Source of the DNA: Lama guanicoe
Lineage: Eukaryota
Direction: 5' to 3'
Assembly (NCBI GenBank): GCA_013239625.1
Contig: MU054187.1
Coordinates: 25,174,433-25,238,432, forward strand
Length of the DNA: 64,000 nt
Position numbers and translations under genes: made by a program. Of this stretch, positions 61,031 to 64,000 are shown one piece after another; the first letter of the stretch is position 1; every line of letters begins with the position of its first letter. The notes beneath the pieces were generated by a model that ran no database searches, was not told the DNA's origin, and was given only the letters and a program-made list of their open reading frames with translations.

Positions 61031-64000
61031 TGTAGGTCTTTTTTTTTCTTTCTTTTTTTTGTTCTTTATTCGTAGTTTGATGACTAAAGAAGGTCCTTTA
61101 ACATTTGTTGTAAAGCTGATTTGGTGGTGGTGAATTCTTTAAGCTTTTGTTTATTGTGAAGCTCTTGATTTCTCCATCAAATCAGAATGAGAGCCTTGTT
61201 GCATAGAGTATTCTTGGTTCTAAGTTTTCTGTTTGATCATATTAAATATATTGTGCCACTCCCTTCTGGCTTGTAGTTTCTGCTGAAAAATCAGCTGATA
61301 ACCTTATGGGAGTTCCCTTGTATGTCATTTGTTGCTTTTCTCTTGCTAATTTTAATATTTTCTCCATTATTTGTCAATTTGATTACTATGTGCCTTGGCG
61401 TGTTCCTCTTTGGGTTGATCCTGTGTGGAACTCTCTGCACTTTCTGGACTTGTGTCTGTTTCCTTTTCCAAATTGGGGAAGTTTTTGGTTATTATGTGGG
61501 TTTATTTCTGGACTCTCTATTCTGTTCCATTGATCCATATATCTGTTTTTGTACCAGGACCATGCTATTTTTTATTACTGTAGCTTTGTACTATTTTCTG
61601 AAATCCAGGAGGGTTATACCTCCAACTTTGTTCTTTTTCTTCAGTATTGCTTTGGCAATTCTGGACTTTTTGTGATTCTACATAAATTTTAGGATTCTTT
61701 GTTATTGTTCTGTAAAAACTGTGCTGAGTAATTTGATAGAGATCACATTAAATCTATAGATTGCTTTGGGCAGTATGAACACTTTGACAATATCAATTCT
61801 TTCAACCCAAGAACATGGAATATCCATTTCTTTAAATCATCTTTCATATCTTTAATCAGTGTTTTATAGTTCTTCATGTATGTCTTTCACCTCCTTGGTG
61901 AGATGAGGTGTATTCCTAAGTATTTTATCCTTTTGGATGCCATTTTTAAATGGATTTTTTTACTTTCCTTTTTTAATGTTTCATCATTAGTATAAAGAAA
62001 TGCAATAACTTCTTTATGTTAATTTTGTGTCCTGCTACATTGTTGAATTCTTTTATCAGCTCTAATAGTTTTTGTATGAAGCCTTCAGGGTTTTTTATGT
62101 ATAGAATCATGTCATCCACACATATACAATTTTACCTTTTTGCTTCTACTTTGGAACACTTTTATTCATTTTGGGTTTTTTTGGTTTTTGGTTTTTTAGG
62201 TCTGATTGCTATTATTAGGACTTTCAATACTATGTTGAATGGAAATGGTGTGAGTGAGCATACTTTTCTTTTTCCTGATTTTAGTGGAAAGACTTTCAAC
62301 TCTTAACCACTGAGTATTATGTTGGCTGTGGGTTTGTCATAAATAGCCTTTATTATGTTGAGATATGTCCCCTCTATAACAACTTTGTTAAGAGTGCTTT
62401 TATCACAAATCAATGTTGAATTTTATCAAATGCTTCTTCTGTATCTGTTGAGATAATCATGTGATTTCTGTCCTTTCTTTTGTTAATGTGGTGCATCACA
62501 TTGATTGACTTGTATATGTTGAACTACCCTTGTATCCAGGAGATGAATCCAACTCAATCATAGTGTATGATCTTCTTTGTGTTGTTGGATTCTGTCTGCT
62601 AATATTTTGTTGAGTTTTTGCATCTATTAGCAATATTGGCCTGTAATTTTCTTTTTAATTAGTGTCTTTATCTGGTTTTGATATCAGGATAATGGTGGCT
62701 TCATTGAGTGAGTTTAGGAGTGTTCCCTTTATTTCATTCTTTTGGAAGAGTTTGAAAAGGATTGGTAAAAGTTTTTCTTTGTATGTTTGGTAGAATTCCC
62801 CAGGAAAACCATCTGGTCCTGGACTTTTGTTTGTAAGGAGGATTTTGTTGTTTTATTCCTGATTCTGTTTCACCCCTAGTGATCAGTCTTTTCAAATTGT
62901 GTTTCTTCTTGATTCAGTTTTTGTAGAGTGAATTTATTTCTACAAACATGTCCATTTCTTCTAGATTTTCCAGTTTGTTCCCATATAATTATTCACAATA
63001 TTCTCTTACTTTTTTTTTTTCTTCAGTATTTCTATGGTGTTGGTTGTAATTTTTCCTCTCTGATTTTTTTTTATTTTGTTTATATGTGTCCTTTCGCTTC
63101 TTGGTGTGCCTGGCCAGAGGTATGTCCTTTTTTTTAAAAACTCTTTCAAAAAGTCAGCTTTTGGTTTGATACATATCTTCTATTTTTTAAAATCTCTATT
63201 TTGTTTATTTCCTCCCTGATCTTTATTATTCCTTCCCTCTGCTGACTTCAGGTTTTATTGGTTCTTCTTCTTTTTCCTAATTTTTTTAGGTGGTAGGTTA
63301 GGTTGTTTATCTGACATTGTTCTTGTTTTTTGAGGGAGGCCTGTATTGTTACGAACTTCCTCTTAGGACTGCTTTTAATGTATCCTATAGATTTTGTGTG
63401 GTTGTGTTTTCCTTGTAATTTGTCTCAAGGTATTTTTCAATTTCCTTTTATTTTATTGTTGACCTAATGGTTTTTTAGTAGCATGTCATTTAGTCTCCAT
63501 GTCTTTTTTTTTTTCTTTCTTATTTTTCTTTCTACAGTTGATTTCTAGTTTCATGTCACCGTGGTCAAGAAAGACGCCTGAAATCATTTCTACTCTCTTA
63601 AATTTGTTGAGGCTTCTTTTGTGTCTGAGTATGTCATCTGTCTGAGAGAATGTACCATGTACAGTTGAAAAGAGTGCATATTTTGATTTTTGGAATGTAA
63701 TACACTGAAAATATCAATTGAAACTAACTATTCTGTTGTGTCACTTAGGACCTCTGTTGTTTTATTGATTTTCTGTCTGGAAGATCTGTCCAATGTTATT
63801 GGGCTGTTAAAATTTCCTACTATTATTGTATTCATATCAATTTCTTCCTTTATGGCTGCTAGCATATACTTTATGAATTTAGGTGCTCCTATATTGGGTG
63901 CATATATGTTAACGAGTGTAATATCCTCTTCTTGTATTGATCCTTCATTATTATATAGTGTCATTTATCTTTCTTTATGGCCTTTGTTGTAAAATCCATT
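61030..64000 (-). mobile_element. Decayed L1: ORF2 endonuclease-RT (61490-64000) plus displaced ORF1/inter-ORF block (61030-61490)
   Basis: ORF 63728-63964 (GSIQEEDITLVNIYAPNIGAPKFIK..IIVGNFNSP) is the endonuclease. 61490-64000 parallels 715-2900 and 61030-61490 parallels 3208-3675. Confidence 0.92.

Noticed and set aside
1..64000. CRISPR array, operon or other novel multi-gene system
   Set aside because: The sequence is mammalian repeat-rich DNA. I saw no regularly spaced repeats and no intact gene cluster.

Overview
Mammalian, repeat-dense non-coding DNA, most likely from a camelid: a vic-1-type tRNA-Ala-derived SINE sits at ~50.85 kb. I could not identify any intact protein-coding gene. 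Almost every ORF in the supplied track is a decayed LINE-1 fragment, an antisense shadow of one, or noise. The one recognisable gene-derived feature is a full-length processed pseudogene of AES/TLE5 (40763-42395, +). It has a CpG-rich 5' end, two premature stops, compensating frameshifts, a 3'UTR, AATAAA, an A-tail and a degenerate target-site duplication (TSD). The rest is layered transposon history: large decayed L1s at both ends, many short L1 3' ends with TSDs, a HAL1 with nested insertions, an ERV1 (MER34-like) provirus remnant, solo LTRs, MLT1/ERVL LTRs, Tigger7/MER44, MER5/MER58, MIR and L2. The most interesting structures are unusual L1 retrotransposition products: TSD-flanked mini-L1s joining the 5' end to the 3' end, a template-jump insertion and a twin-primed inversion. 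There is also an ERVL-type protease remnant inside an ERV1-type element. I see no evidence for a novel multi-gene system. Repeat family names are from recall, not a database search, and boundaries without a stated TSD are approximate.
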